Shown here: one piece after another, positions 1 to 8,419 of the stretch
Position numbering within the stretch: the first letter of the stretch is position 1
Layout of the letters: each line of letters starts with the position of its first letter
Virus record (IMG/VR): IMGVR_UViG_3300027977_000020
DNA length: 20,000 bases
Source: an uncultured virus (IMG/VR IMGVR_UViG_3300027977_000020)
Lineage: Duplodnaviria; Heunggongvirae; Uroviricota; Caudoviricetes
Reading direction: 5' to 3' (one strand)
The notes under the pieces: generated by a model
The model's input: the letters and a program-made list of their open reading frames with translations, nothing else
Told to the model about the DNA's origin: nothing
The model's database searches: none
Made by a program: the position numbers and the translations under genes

Positions 1-376
1 CCTGGTAAGCCCAAGGTTGGACCTGTGAAGCCAGATTGCTCTGTTGAGTAACCTGCGGCTGTGCCACCTGGTAAGGCGACGGTTGAGCCTGGCTGGGGTA
101 CGGCGGGTTGATCTGCGTAAGCACCCGCTCCAGTGAACCCATCGCTGCTTCCCACGGATTGTTGGGGGAGGACGGCGACGTTAACTGGTTGTACTGGCTG
201 TTGGTAGTAGGCCCCGTAGTCGGTATTCCCGGCGACGGCAATTGGGCTGTAGCTGCCGAAGCTACCGCCGGGGTAGGCGTTTGGGTTACCCACTGGGGGT
301 AAGCGGTTGAGCCCTGGTCCGAGGCTACTGCCTGGGAGACCGGGCTCGGGGTCGAAGCTTGGATCTGCTGGCTCAT
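1..376 (-). CDS. Pro/Gln/Ser/Thr-rich protein overlapping the portal 3' end in another frame (possible scaffold/head protein; partial)
   Basis: ATG at 376, in-frame TAA just upstream (392-394), then 125 stop-free codons: MSQQIQASTPSPVSQAVASDQGSTAYPQWV...NNPWEAAMGSLERVLTQINPPYPSQAQPSPYQ... Confidence 0.6.
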   Translation of the reverse strand, partial: MSQQIQASTPSPVSQAVASDQGSTAYPQWVTQTPTPAVASAATAQLPSPGIPTTGPTTNSQYNQLTSPSSPNNPWEAAMGSLERVLTQINPPYPSQAQPSPYQVAQPQVTQQSNLASQVQPWAYQ

Positions 377-2105
377 AGCTACCCGAGTAGGTTAGTTCTT
401 CCGCGAGATGGTCGAAAGTTCTATAGATTAGCGGAGTGATATTCAATCTCGGATCAGCTGCAAGCGGTTGGTTAGGCGCAAGCGGATGAGGAGATTGCAA
501 CATCTGTTGTAATAATACCAGAAATTGTTGCATAGCTGACTGAGTTTGTTGAACCATACGGAAAGGGAAACCCCTCAACATTTCAGCCCGCTCAGCATCA
601 GTTTTTTCTGGAAATAAGAACTTCAACGCTTCTATACTATCAACTCCCAGCTCTTGTAGGTTACGAACAACAATAGATTTTTGGTTTACATCGTAAGCCG
701 TATCTTCATAAACATCACCTTGATACCTATAAGTAACTGTACGATCACCATCTTCTGGTAACCCAATAACCCCACGAGGTACTTTATTCTCTGCCAGGGC
801 CACCTTCATCACCTGATTTAGCTTCCCTTCAAACTTTACATTTGCAATTTGATACTTTTCAATTGCTTCAGGTGTTTGTTCTGTCGGAGGCTTTGGTTCT
901 TTTAAACCCGAAGCAGCTATAAATGACTCTCGAAAAATTAATTCTTGGTGATAAATCATCATCTCAAGGAGACGATTAAATCCATACGCAAGAAATGATT
1001 TATTTTTTCTTAATGCTGTGGCCTGAGCTCGACCCATCAAACCTTTAATTTCAGTCGCAGTGGCACCGGCTGAAATTGAAATCTCATCAACACCACCTAA
1101 TGCAGTACGTATCTCTTCTCTTAACAACAAAAGATATCTGCTCATGTCCCCGTTAACGGGGTCAGGTGTCATATAGCCCACACGGTCGGAAGGTTCTACG
1201 TTCGCAATAATTCGCGGAACACGCAGGCCACCACCCATCGAGGCGCCGAAAGGTTCACTTACTCTTGTCGACGGGCTATCGACTCCAGAAAAACCACTCT
1301 GACTGCTGATCGTAGGTCTAAAAGTTGACTGACTATCTGACGCTTCGACAAGATCACTACGTGGACGCGAACTAATTAGTGTTGGATTACCAAAAAATTC
1401 AATGTTCTTAGAAATGTTCCGTGCAAGTTGGTCGTGGAGAACAATTTGCTCCATAAAAGGATCAAATTCGCCTTCTCCCTCTGTTCCACTTGCATTTGGT
1501 TTGTTTAATACCTCGACAGCTGGTATAAAACCAAGCATGTTAGGCCTTTTTTTACTTGGAGTTAAAATTGCACCTGGTTCAAGCTCAAAACTTAATTCAC
1601 TATCAGTTTCGACCTCACTAATCTCTTCAGCTGTAATAGAAAGTCGAACGTACCGTTTATTTTGCCCGTACGCATTACTAGGTAGACCTAAAGTACTGTT
1701 TTTAACTTTATAGCTGTAGATAATGATTACTTCTTCTACTTCACCGTTTACATCGTGATAAACGCGATATTGATTTTTGTTAAAAAAGTAAATCTGGTAT
1801 TTTAACTTTGGGTCAGGGCGAAAATAAAAAAGACCAGCACCATCAATTAAGAAATTCCTGATAATCGAAGGAAATCGAATATCAATCTTATTCAGCTTTA
1901 TGACGTTGTCTAAAAACTTTGAACGACTTTTATACGTATCCTGATCACAGTAGAATGTTACACCCTTCTTAATCATAAGAAGAGTCATCTGCTGTAAATG
2001 GCTTAAAACAACCATCGTGGCCGATTGGTTGCTTCGATCCTGGGTGCGTGAGGCCTCCAGGATCTCATTAAACCGTTTTCTGGTCTCAGTTGAGCTCGCA
2101 GACAT
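1..2105 (-). CDS. Phage portal protein, SPP1 gp6-like (3' end beyond window; >=701 codons), with low-complexity Pro/Gly C-terminal extension
   Basis: Translated by hand from ATG at 2105 (MSASSTETRKRFNEILEASR...) with no stop before the window edge, which is why the ORF track omits it. Contains LGFIPAVEVLN...GEGEFDPFMEQIVLHD...FFGNPTL and ISAGATATEIKGLM, resembling SPP1-type portal segments; downstream of terL on the same strand. Confidence 0.8.
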   Translation of the reverse strand, partial: MSASSTETRKRFNEILEASRTQDRSNQSATMVVLSHLQQMTLLMIKKGVTFYCDQDTYKSRSKFLDNVIKLNKIDIRFPSIIRNFLIDGAGLFYFRPDPKLKYQIYFFNKNQYRVYHDVNGEVEEVIIIYSYKVKNSTLGLPSNAYGQNKRYVRLSITAEEISEVETDSELSFELEPGAILTPSKKRPNMLGFIPAVEVLNKPNASGTEGEGEFDPFMEQIVLHDQLARNISKNIEFFGNPTLISSRPRSDLVEASDSQSTFRPTISSQSGFSGVDSPSTRVSEPFGASMGGGLRVPRIIANVEPSDRVGYMTPDPVNGDMSRYLLLLREEIRTALGGVDEISISAGATATEIKGLMGRAQATALRKNKSFLAYGFNRLLEMMIYHQELIFRESFIAASGLKEPKPPTEQTPEAIEKYQIANVKFEGKLNQVMKVALAENKVPRGVIGLPEDGDRTVTYRYQGDVYEDTAYDVNQKSIVVRNLQELGVDSIEALKFLFPEKTDAERAEMLRGFPFRMVQQTQSAMQQFLVLLQQMLQSPHPLAPNQPLAADPRLNITPLIYRTFDHLAEELTYSGSYEPADPSFDPEPGLPGSSLGPGLNRLPPVGNPNAYPGGSFGSYSPIAVAGNTDYGAYYQQPVQPVNVAVLPQQSVGSSDGFTGAGAYADQPAVPQPGSTVALPGGTAAGYSTEQSGFTGPTLGLP

Positions 2106-2132
2106 TCAAGTTAAGGACAAAACGATTAAAGA

Positions 2133-2291
2133 TTACTTCTTGGCTGCCATCTGTTTGGCCTTACGGGCTTTTGCTAAAGCCCTTTTACGTGATTCTTCTT
2201 TGCCACGGGGTTCACCACCCTTTGATTCTTTGTCCCCTTGATTTTTCTCTTGAAACTTTTTCAAGAGCTCAGCGGGCATTTTATTAGTCAT
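2133..2291 (-). CDS. Small basic protein, 52 aa (MTNKMPAELLKKFQ...RKRALAKARKAKQMAAKK)
   Basis: Below ORF-track cutoff. ATG at 2291 overlaps the end of the upstream GT17 gene (ATGACTAA); alternative ATG at 2279; TAA at 2133-2135; fills the gap before the portal start. Confidence 0.75.
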   Translation of the reverse strand: MTNKMPAELLKKFQEKNQGDKESKGGEPRGKEESRKRALAKARKAKQMAAKK

Positions 2292-3093
2292 CTGGAAGAA
2301 GATACTTTCTGACTCTTTCCAGTGTAACCGCTTCTAGCGGTAAATTCTCCATTGGAAACGCAGTAAGCATATGATCTTCTCGACCCAACATATCTATATT
2401 GCCGGGTACTGCTTCAAATGTCTTACAGGTCTCGACAACAGTAGGCATATCGGTCTCCCAATGTGCGTAAGATTTAAGTTTTTTAAGTCTCCTTTCAGAG
2501 TCACCCATCCAACTTAAATGCCACCCAGCATCACGGTCTCCTATTACCTTACGTGTAGTCTGACGACGAACATTTGTTATAGATCCTAATGAAGCAAGTC
2601 TTCCTGCAGTGCAGATCGTTGCACAATGCCAGTGAAAAAGCTCACCAAGGGGAGTACAGAGCTGTAAATCTGCCCTCCCGTAGTGCATGGACATATCCAA
2701 ACCTAAAATTGCATCAGGATTTGCCTCAAGTTCAGTTTTTATCTGTTCAAATTTTGCTGGGTTAGGGAGTTCGTCACAGTCAGAACAAATAAAAACAGCA
2801 TTTTTTGGCATTTCCGAGAGATAAACACCAAGAGCATCGCGTTGTCCACGCTCACGGACCCAATGATCCGGTTCCTCGTCAACAGGCGGAAGTTTGACGT
2901 GGATAACCTCGATCAAATCAGCGGGTAAACCTAACTCCTTAATGGTTTCGGCACAAGTAAAAGCCTTCGGCTCTCCTCTATGAGTTCGATCCGCATCTGC
3001 AATTAAAAAACCATCGACATGATCCTTTAATAAGGAAATGCGTAATTCAAGTAACTCGCGTTCGTTAAAATAAGGAAAACAATCAATTAACAT
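2284..3093 (-). CDS. GT17-like glycosyltransferase (GnT-III/MGAT3-like), paralog 2
   Basis: DCFPYFNERELLELRI, THRGEPK, RERGQRD, SDCDE (DxD) and GWHLSW motifs typical of the family. Confidence 0.85.
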   Translation of the reverse strand: MLIDCFPYFNERELLELRISLLKDHVDGFLIADADRTHRGEPKAFTCAETIKELGLPADLIEVIHVKLPPVDEEPDHWVRERGQRDALGVYLSEMPKNAVFICSDCDELPNPAKFEQIKTELEANPDAILGLDMSMHYGRADLQLCTPLGELFHWHCATICTAGRLASLGSITNVRRQTTRKVIGDRDAGWHLSWMGDSERRLKKLKSYAHWETDMPTVVETCKTFEAVPGNIDMLGREDHMLTAFPMENLPLEAVTLERVRKYLLPDD

Positions 3094-3898
3094 TTTCAGG
3101 AAGGAGATAGGTTTTGACGCGCTCTAACTCAAATAATTTTGAGGGCAGAGCGCTTAAAGGATAAGTGGTAATTAAGTGATCGTCACGCCCAAGCATATCG
3201 AGGTTTCCCTCTTGGGGTTCAAACAGCTCACATCTGCGCTGTACGTCTGGTGTGTCCCACATATAGTACTCAGCAATAGATCTGAGTTTATTCTTTCGTC
3301 GTACACCGTCACCCATCCAACTTAGATGCCAACCAAAATCTCTTTCACCCAGATACAGATTATCTTGGCTCTCCCTCATTACGGAGAGTGTGCTGTGTTT
3401 CTTTAAAAAACCAACCGTAGAAACAAAAGCTCGTTGCCACTCATGCAGAACACCATCAGGAGTTATTAACTGCCGATCAGCGCGTCCATAGTGCATAGAC
3501 ATGCTAGCCCGCACTACTTGCTTTGAAGTTTCAGCTGCGGTTTTTAGCTTATCTAATTTAAGAGGATTGACTAGCTCATCACAGTCGGAGCAAATAAAGA
3601 ACGTTTCGTCTGAACACATATGAAGCCCAACACCTAAAGCATCGCGCTGGGCTCGTTCACGCAACCACGGATCTGGTGCTTCCTCAATAGAAGGTAACTC
3701 AACGTGTAAGACTTGAACTTTACTGTCGTCGATACCAAGTTCTTTAAGAGTATCGACGCAGGTAAAAGGCTTTTCGTCACCTCGATGCGTTCTGTTGGCA
3801 TCTGTTATCAGAAATCCGTCAACGTAATCTTCGAGAGTCCTAATACGGAGTTCTAGTAGTTCTTTCTCGTTAAAGTACGGAAAGCAATCGATAAGCAT
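3083..3898 (-). CDS. GT17-like glycosyltransferase, paralog 1
   Basis: Same motif set: DCFPYFNEKELLELRI, THRGDEK, RERAQRD, SDCDE, GWHLSWMG. Confidence 0.85.
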   Translation of the reverse strand: MLIDCFPYFNEKELLELRIRTLEDYVDGFLITDANRTHRGDEKPFTCVDTLKELGIDDSKVQVLHVELPSIEEAPDPWLRERAQRDALGVGLHMCSDETFFICSDCDELVNPLKLDKLKTAAETSKQVVRASMSMHYGRADRQLITPDGVLHEWQRAFVSTVGFLKKHSTLSVMRESQDNLYLGERDFGWHLSWMGDGVRRKNKLRSIAEYYMWDTPDVQRRCELFEPQEGNLDMLGRDDHLITTYPLSALPSKLFELERVKTYLLPENVN

Positions 3899-3929
3899 AG
3901 ATCGCCTGAGCGGGTGCCACTATAGTAGC

Positions 3930-4214
3930 TTAGCTCTGTCCTAGATATTTAGCTGCACGACGCTTAGCTCTTGTCAAAAGATTTACATCTGCGTTTGTAT
4001 TTTGATCAAATTCTGAAGAATTTGTATCGGCAGAATATCCACCGGGATTCAGAGATGGCTGTGGCTGACCTGTTAGTGACGTTTCATCTTCCGCCGACAT
4101 TTCAGCAAATGCTGAATCAGCCGATTGATTGGCTCGACGCTGCGCATCAGCGGCGTTCATTTGCTCTTGATAGTTTTTTGAAAACCCAAAAGCAGCATTG
4201 TTAAAAGAGTTCAT
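3930..4214 (-). CDS. Hypothetical protein (94 aa; acidic/polar with basic C-terminus)
   Basis: ATG coupled to upstream stop (TGATG at 4212-4216); no recognisable motif. Confidence 0.65.
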   Translation of the reverse strand: MNSFNNAAFGFSKNYQEQMNAADAQRRANQSADSAFAEMSAEDETSLTGQPQPSLNPGGYSADTNSSEFDQNTNADVNLLTRAKRRAAKYLGQS

Positions 4215-4495
4215 CAGTAGAAAACGATAACATTGTGAACAGTACCACTATGAATAGCTGTTATAGACATAGGTACAATTGAGTCAGCATTCAAACGCAC
4301 TAATGGGATCTGCTGGCCGGGTGTATCAGTCATCTCAACTGTTAGGTAATGATCTTGACCAGCATCAGTCATAAAATAAAATCCACGAGCGGCAGAAAAA
4401 CGTTTTAGCCCACTTGCAGGCACATAATGAAAACCACTTGCATAAGGTAAGGTCGAAGATTGCCCATATACAGATCCAAAAGCTCTAACGTCCAT
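4214..4495 (-). CDS. Small beta-rich virion protein, possibly head-spike base family (RcGTA Rcc01079-like)
   Basis: Likely start MDVRAFGS at 4495. Pattern ARGFY...LTVEM...IVPMSITAIHSGT..VIVFY resembles the recalled TRALY...L.V.M...LPV.V..V..TGT...IV.L pattern of spike-base proteins; unverified. Confidence 0.45.
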   Translation of the reverse strand: MDVRAFGSVYGQSSTLPYASGFHYVPASGLKRFSAARGFYFMTDAGQDHYLTVEMTDTPGQQIPLVRLNADSIVPMSITAIHSGTVHNVIVFY

Positions 4496-4517
4496 AACAA
4501 CAAAAGTTTTTCTAAGT

Positions 4518-4799
4518 TTAACCGTATTTTTCACAAATAATTATTAAACGTCTCAAATACCACGCGCATTTTTTTAAGTCCTCAACACCGTTTTTATGCT
4601 CAGTTCTCCACAAGTACTTTAAACAGGCTCCGCGACAGTACGCTTTAAACCCTTCAACACCTAAAGCAGACTCAATGGCATCAATACACTCGACAGCACC
4701 TTGTGTGTAGTGCGATGGACTGTTGACTGGATCTTCTGAAGTTTTTAGAGGTTCCATAGAATCAAATTCATTGAATAAGAAGGCATCGGATTGGGTCAC
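4518..4799 (-). CDS. DUF3310 protein (T7 gp1.7 nucleotide kinase / SaV-like)
   Basis: DPVNSPSHY..G.VECIDAI...G...KYLWR...KNGVEDLKKC.WYL signature. Confidence 0.9.
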   Translation of the reverse strand: MTQSDAFLFNEFDSMEPLKTSEDPVNSPSHYTQGAVECIDAIESALGVEGFKAYCRGACLKYLWRTEHKNGVEDLKKCAWYLRRLIIICEKYG

Positions 4800-4802
4800 A
4801 AA

Positions 4803-5678
4803 CTACACGCTGAACATCTGAGTTATATCTAACAAAGATAAATTTTCTGCAGACAAAACTTTACTGTATTTTGTATCTAGGTGCTCAAGCAGCCCGCAGG
4901 GGGCTATGCAGAGTTTACCTCGTTCTTTAATCAACGGCACAACACGGCGGTGCTCCTGTTCAAAAGCAAGTTTTTCAAAAGCAAGTCCCATAGAACTTCT
5001 ATCAGCAATCGGCCAACAACGAAATTTCGTCAAGTTAAAACTTTTTATAGGATCGCAACTGTCAGAAACGATGTATTCATCAGCCATATCCTGATCTAGT
5101 ATCATCATTCCCATATAAGGATTACCTAGAGACACAAAACAAACAAAATCATCGTAAGGCGTTATGAAAGTTTGAGCTTTATACGGTCTTTCGCCCCACA
5201 CGGATTTTGTAGGTCCGTTTAACTCCCATCTTCGGTAGTTATCAAAGGGTATGGATCGTTCATTAAAACGCTCAAATCGACAAAAACCAGGTTCTAGGTT
5301 TAACTCCTTTAACTTATCTTTCCAGGATATCCAATAGTCAAAATGTTTATGCGTGAAAAGCATATCATTTTCTGTATATACATAAAAATCATGCGTTTTT
5401 GCTTGAACGGCTTGTATCAAAAGAGGTTTGTGCGCCCAAGTTAAACTAAAACCTGTGTACTCAGGTTCCGCAACAACAATATTTAAACCGCAGGCACCTA
5501 AATTAGGTTCGAGCAGGTCAAAAACTATATCTTTATCCTGCTTGTGTTCAAAATCAATAAAAATGTAGAAGTCTTTGTGACCTGGAATTTTACTATAAGC
5601 TCGTAACGTTTCCAGAAGCACGTCAAACCGCTCTAGAGGATTATGTGCTGTAACAGCAACGAAAAATTTGTTTGACAT
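4803..5678 (-). CDS. Hypothetical protein, possible GT-A-fold glycosyltransferase
   Basis: N-terminal beta-strand FFVAVTAH, FYIFID, YVYTENDML (DxD-like position) and late LLEHL. Coupled to terL stop (TAATG). ORF is solid; function uncertain. Confidence 0.45.
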   Translation of the reverse strand: MSNKFFVAVTAHNPLERFDVLLETLRAYSKIPGHKDFYIFIDFEHKQDKDIVFDLLEPNLGACGLNIVVAEPEYTGFSLTWAHKPLLIQAVQAKTHDFYVYTENDMLFTHKHFDYWISWKDKLKELNLEPGFCRFERFNERSIPFDNYRRWELNGPTKSVWGERPYKAQTFITPYDDFVCFVSLGNPYMGMMILDQDMADEYIVSDSCDPIKSFNLTKFRCWPIADRSSMGLAFEKLAFEQEHRRVVPLIKERGKLCIAPCGLLEHLDTKYSKVLSAENLSLLDITQMFSV

Positions 5679-7201
5679 TAGTACTCCATTTCAAAGTTAC
5701 CGCGACGTTGAAGAAAACAAACTAAGTGAGTATATGCGTCTAGTAAGTCGTCATGCGATGTAGCACCTATGTTAACTAGTTGGTCAAACAATAGGTCAAA
5801 TTTTCGATACCGATTAAATATCACTTTTTTATTTTCTAATAGACCTAATGTTCCCCTAAACCGAGACACCTTATCACCACGGAAACCTTTGACCTCGTGG
5901 ATGTGTATGTTACCTAGTCCTTTATCAGTCAACATAATGCGTCGAAGATCTGCAGCAAGCGAAGCTTGGTAAGCAACTGACTCAACAACCAATGTACAAG
6001 TTGAGTAAGTCGGAAAAAACTCTCCTGCCGCATCTTCTGTAAGTATGCCCCATTCGACCAACATCTTACACAGTAAATCTATCTTCTCAAGGTTTCCTAT
6101 AGTCCGAATCTGATGTGCATCAATAATATAATACTTATCTTTTAATCTACCGCCCAAGACGAACGCAGTATAGTCTGATGTCTCACTCTTACTGGCCGAT
6201 AAATCCACACCGACTGCAAGTGAATCAAACTCAGTTACAACATCACCTTTCACAAGTAAGTCTGGCGATAAGACTAGATCCGAAGTCATCACCGGTTGCT
6301 GTTGGTACTGATAAGCGAAAGCAACGGGATCAAGTTCCTTCTGACCTAATAAATACTCAACACTCCACTGCTCGGGCCAATAACTTTCAGGTTCACTCTG
6401 GTCGTCATAAGTCAAAGCTTCTTGCGTGACTTGTTTCCACCCGCGATCTGGTACAAACATTGTTTTATGAATGTCTAGCGGATGAAACCTAGTTCCTAAA
6501 CAGATGGCTCTGCCTCCTTCAAAAATAATAGGTGCAATAACTGAAGACCAGTTATTGTTCATTTCTTCACGGATCACAGGATTTCGAATGTCCGCACTGC
6601 TTTTGATGGGGTCATCTATGAAGCACAGATGAGCACGTTTTGATGTGATTGAACCTCTAAGTCCTGCAGCGCGTAGTGTGAATTCTTCGTCACCTACTCG
6701 CGAAATGCCCGCGTAGTCAAAATCAATCGACCAACCCACATCGCTCTGCATACCTGGTTTGAGCCGACACGTGGGAAATACTTTTTTAAACTCAGTTGAA
6801 TCAACAATTTGTTTAATAATTCGACTTTTAGGTATCGCAGTGTTGATGTTGTAAGAAATGTAAATAATCTGAAGCGGCATTTTTGCTGCTGTATGGCGTC
6901 CTATACACCATGCAGTGAACATATTGAGCACGGTAGACTTGGCCGAGCCTCTCGGGGATAGTATATCAAGGTTTTGTCCTGCGATATCTAATAAGTACTT
7001 ATTACTCTGACCTGTGATCAAGTGTGAGTACCACTCGAGCATGTGCTTTGCTGGTGGTTTATCAAGCAACGTACAGAACGTTTGAAAGTCGTTAGCTGCT
7101 CGCGTAAAAATAGTATCCAACACTGGAGTGTCGCTATCAAACGCTTTTGCCGCTCGCATCTGTAGAGCGCGACGATAAGCAAAAGTTTCACGACTAGGCA
7201 T
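5678..7201 (-). CDS. terL: Terminase large subunit
   Basis: Walker A PRGSAKST, Walker B LCFIDDP, coupling motif LGTRFH, nuclease motifs VGVDLS..SDYTA and HDDLLDA. Probable start MPSRETF at 7201 rather than TTG at 7246. Confidence 0.95.
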   Translation of the reverse strand: MPSRETFAYRRALQMRAAKAFDSDTPVLDTIFTRAANDFQTFCTLLDKPPAKHMLEWYSHLITGQSNKYLLDIAGQNLDILSPRGSAKSTVLNMFTAWCIGRHTAAKMPLQIIYISYNINTAIPKSRIIKQIVDSTEFKKVFPTCRLKPGMQSDVGWSIDFDYAGISRVGDEEFTLRAAGLRGSITSKRAHLCFIDDPIKSSADIRNPVIREEMNNNWSSVIAPIIFEGGRAICLGTRFHPLDIHKTMFVPDRGWKQVTQEALTYDDQSEPESYWPEQWSVEYLLGQKELDPVAFAYQYQQQPVMTSDLVLSPDLLVKGDVVTEFDSLAVGVDLSASKSETSDYTAFVLGGRLKDKYYIIDAHQIRTIGNLEKIDLLCKMLVEWGILTEDAAGEFFPTYSTCTLVVESVAYQASLAADLRRIMLTDKGLGNIHIHEVKGFRGDKVSRFRGTLGLLENKKVIFNRYRKFDLLFDQLVNIGATSHDDLLDAYTHLVCFLQRRGNFEMEY

Positions 7202-7246
7202 AAAAGTAAAACTGTCTGTATACTGATAGCAAGATTCTAACCCCAA
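7202..7246. promoter_or_regulatory. Compact divergent promoter region between terL and GT4
   Basis: 45-bp gap with TATACT on + (7219-7224) and gtTAGAAT on - (7234-7239). Confidence 0.45.
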
Positions 7247-8419
7247 ATGGCGAAAATTCTGTGGTACGGTGATATCCTTTCAAATACTGGGTTTGCTAGA
7301 GTTACACACAGTGTTCTAGAGCATTTACAGAAAAACAACGAGATTGTTGCTGTAGGAATAAATTATACGGGTGATCCTCATGATCTTCCTTTCAAGGTCT
7401 ATCCTGCCGCAGCTAAAAACCCACAGGATCGATTTGGTATCGGACGACTACCTGAAATCATCACTGCTGAAAAACCAGATTTTATAATTTGCTTAAATGA
7501 CATTTGGATTGTTAACCAAGTATGGGAGCGCGTACACTTACTGCAAGCACAGTGTAAGTTTAAATTTATAGCTTACTTCCCACTGGACTCTCAGTGGTAT
7601 ACCGAAAGCCATATGAGGTTCGTTAAGGATTGGGATTTTGCAATCACGTTTACAATCGAACAAGCGCAAAGGGTAATGCAGTTAGGTGTTAAACCTAAGA
7701 TGCTCGGCGTAATCCCACACGGTGTGGAGACATCCAAGTTCTATCCATTAGATAGAACACAGGTTCGTCAACAACTTCAATTACCAGAAGATAAATTCAT
7801 TGTTCTAAACGCCAATCGAAACCAACCAAGGAAACAAATAGACCTGACCATAAAAGCTTTTGCAGAATTTGCGATAGATAAAGAAGATACAATGCTCTAT
7901 TTGCATATGAGCGAGAAGGATCTTGGGTGGGACATCCGTGCCTTGTTTGAAACCGAAATGAAACGACGAGGACTTAAATCAGACCAAAGGCTACTAATGA
8001 CGGCAACCAATATTGATTACTGCAATGCGCCGCCAGACGACGTACTTAATTTAATTTACAATGCTTGTGATATCGGAATCAATACAGCTAACGGAGAAGG
8101 CTGGGGCTTAGTTCCGTTTGAACACGCAGCTTGTAAAAAGCCGCAGGTACTACCAAACCACACGTCATTTGCCGAAGTGTGGAAGAACAAAGCATTACTA
8201 GCTGATGTAGCAGCGTGGATATACGATAAAGACCTAGGTGTCGAACGAGGTATTGTAGATATTAAAGACATGGCCAACAAGATGGGGGACTTGTACAGAG
8301 ATAAAGAATTTGCAGAAAAAGTAGCAAACGACTGTTTTGAAGTAACAACCAACCCTTCGTACCGTTGGGACAAAATTGCTGAAGGTTTCCAGAAAGCAAT
8401 GGAGGAAATTTCGAAATGA
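7247..8419 (+). CDS. GT4 (GT-B fold) glycosyltransferase
   Basis: TGFARV, IPHGV, NRNQPRK and YNACDIGINTANGEGWGLVPFEHAAC (E-x7-E motif). Confidence 0.92.
   Translation: MAKILWYGDILSNTGFARVTHSVLEHLQKNNEIVAVGINYTGDPHDLPFKVYPAAAKNPQDRFGIGRLPEIITAEKPDFIICLNDIWIVNQVWERVHLLQAQCKFKFIAYFPLDSQWYTESHMRFVKDWDFAITFTIEQAQRVMQLGVKPKMLGVIPHGVETSKFYPLDRTQVRQQLQLPEDKFIVLNANRNQPRKQIDLTIKAFAEFAIDKEDTMLYLHMSEKDLGWDIRALFETEMKRRGLKSDQRLLMTATNIDYCNAPPDDVLNLIYNACDIGINTANGEGWGLVPFEHAACKKPQVLPNHTSFAEVWKNKALLADVAAWIYDKDLGVERGIVDIKDMANKMGDLYRDKEFAEKVANDCFEVTTNPSYRWDKIAEGFQKAMEEISK

Noticed and set aside
303..2016. Apparent non-coding gap in the ORF track, possible ncRNA or recoded region
   Set aside because: It is the portal ORF, omitted only because its stop lies outside the window.
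108..2287. Plus-strand ORFs 108-302, 1402-1713, 2017-2241, 2090-2287
   Set aside because: Antisense shadows of the portal and the basic microprotein; no motifs.
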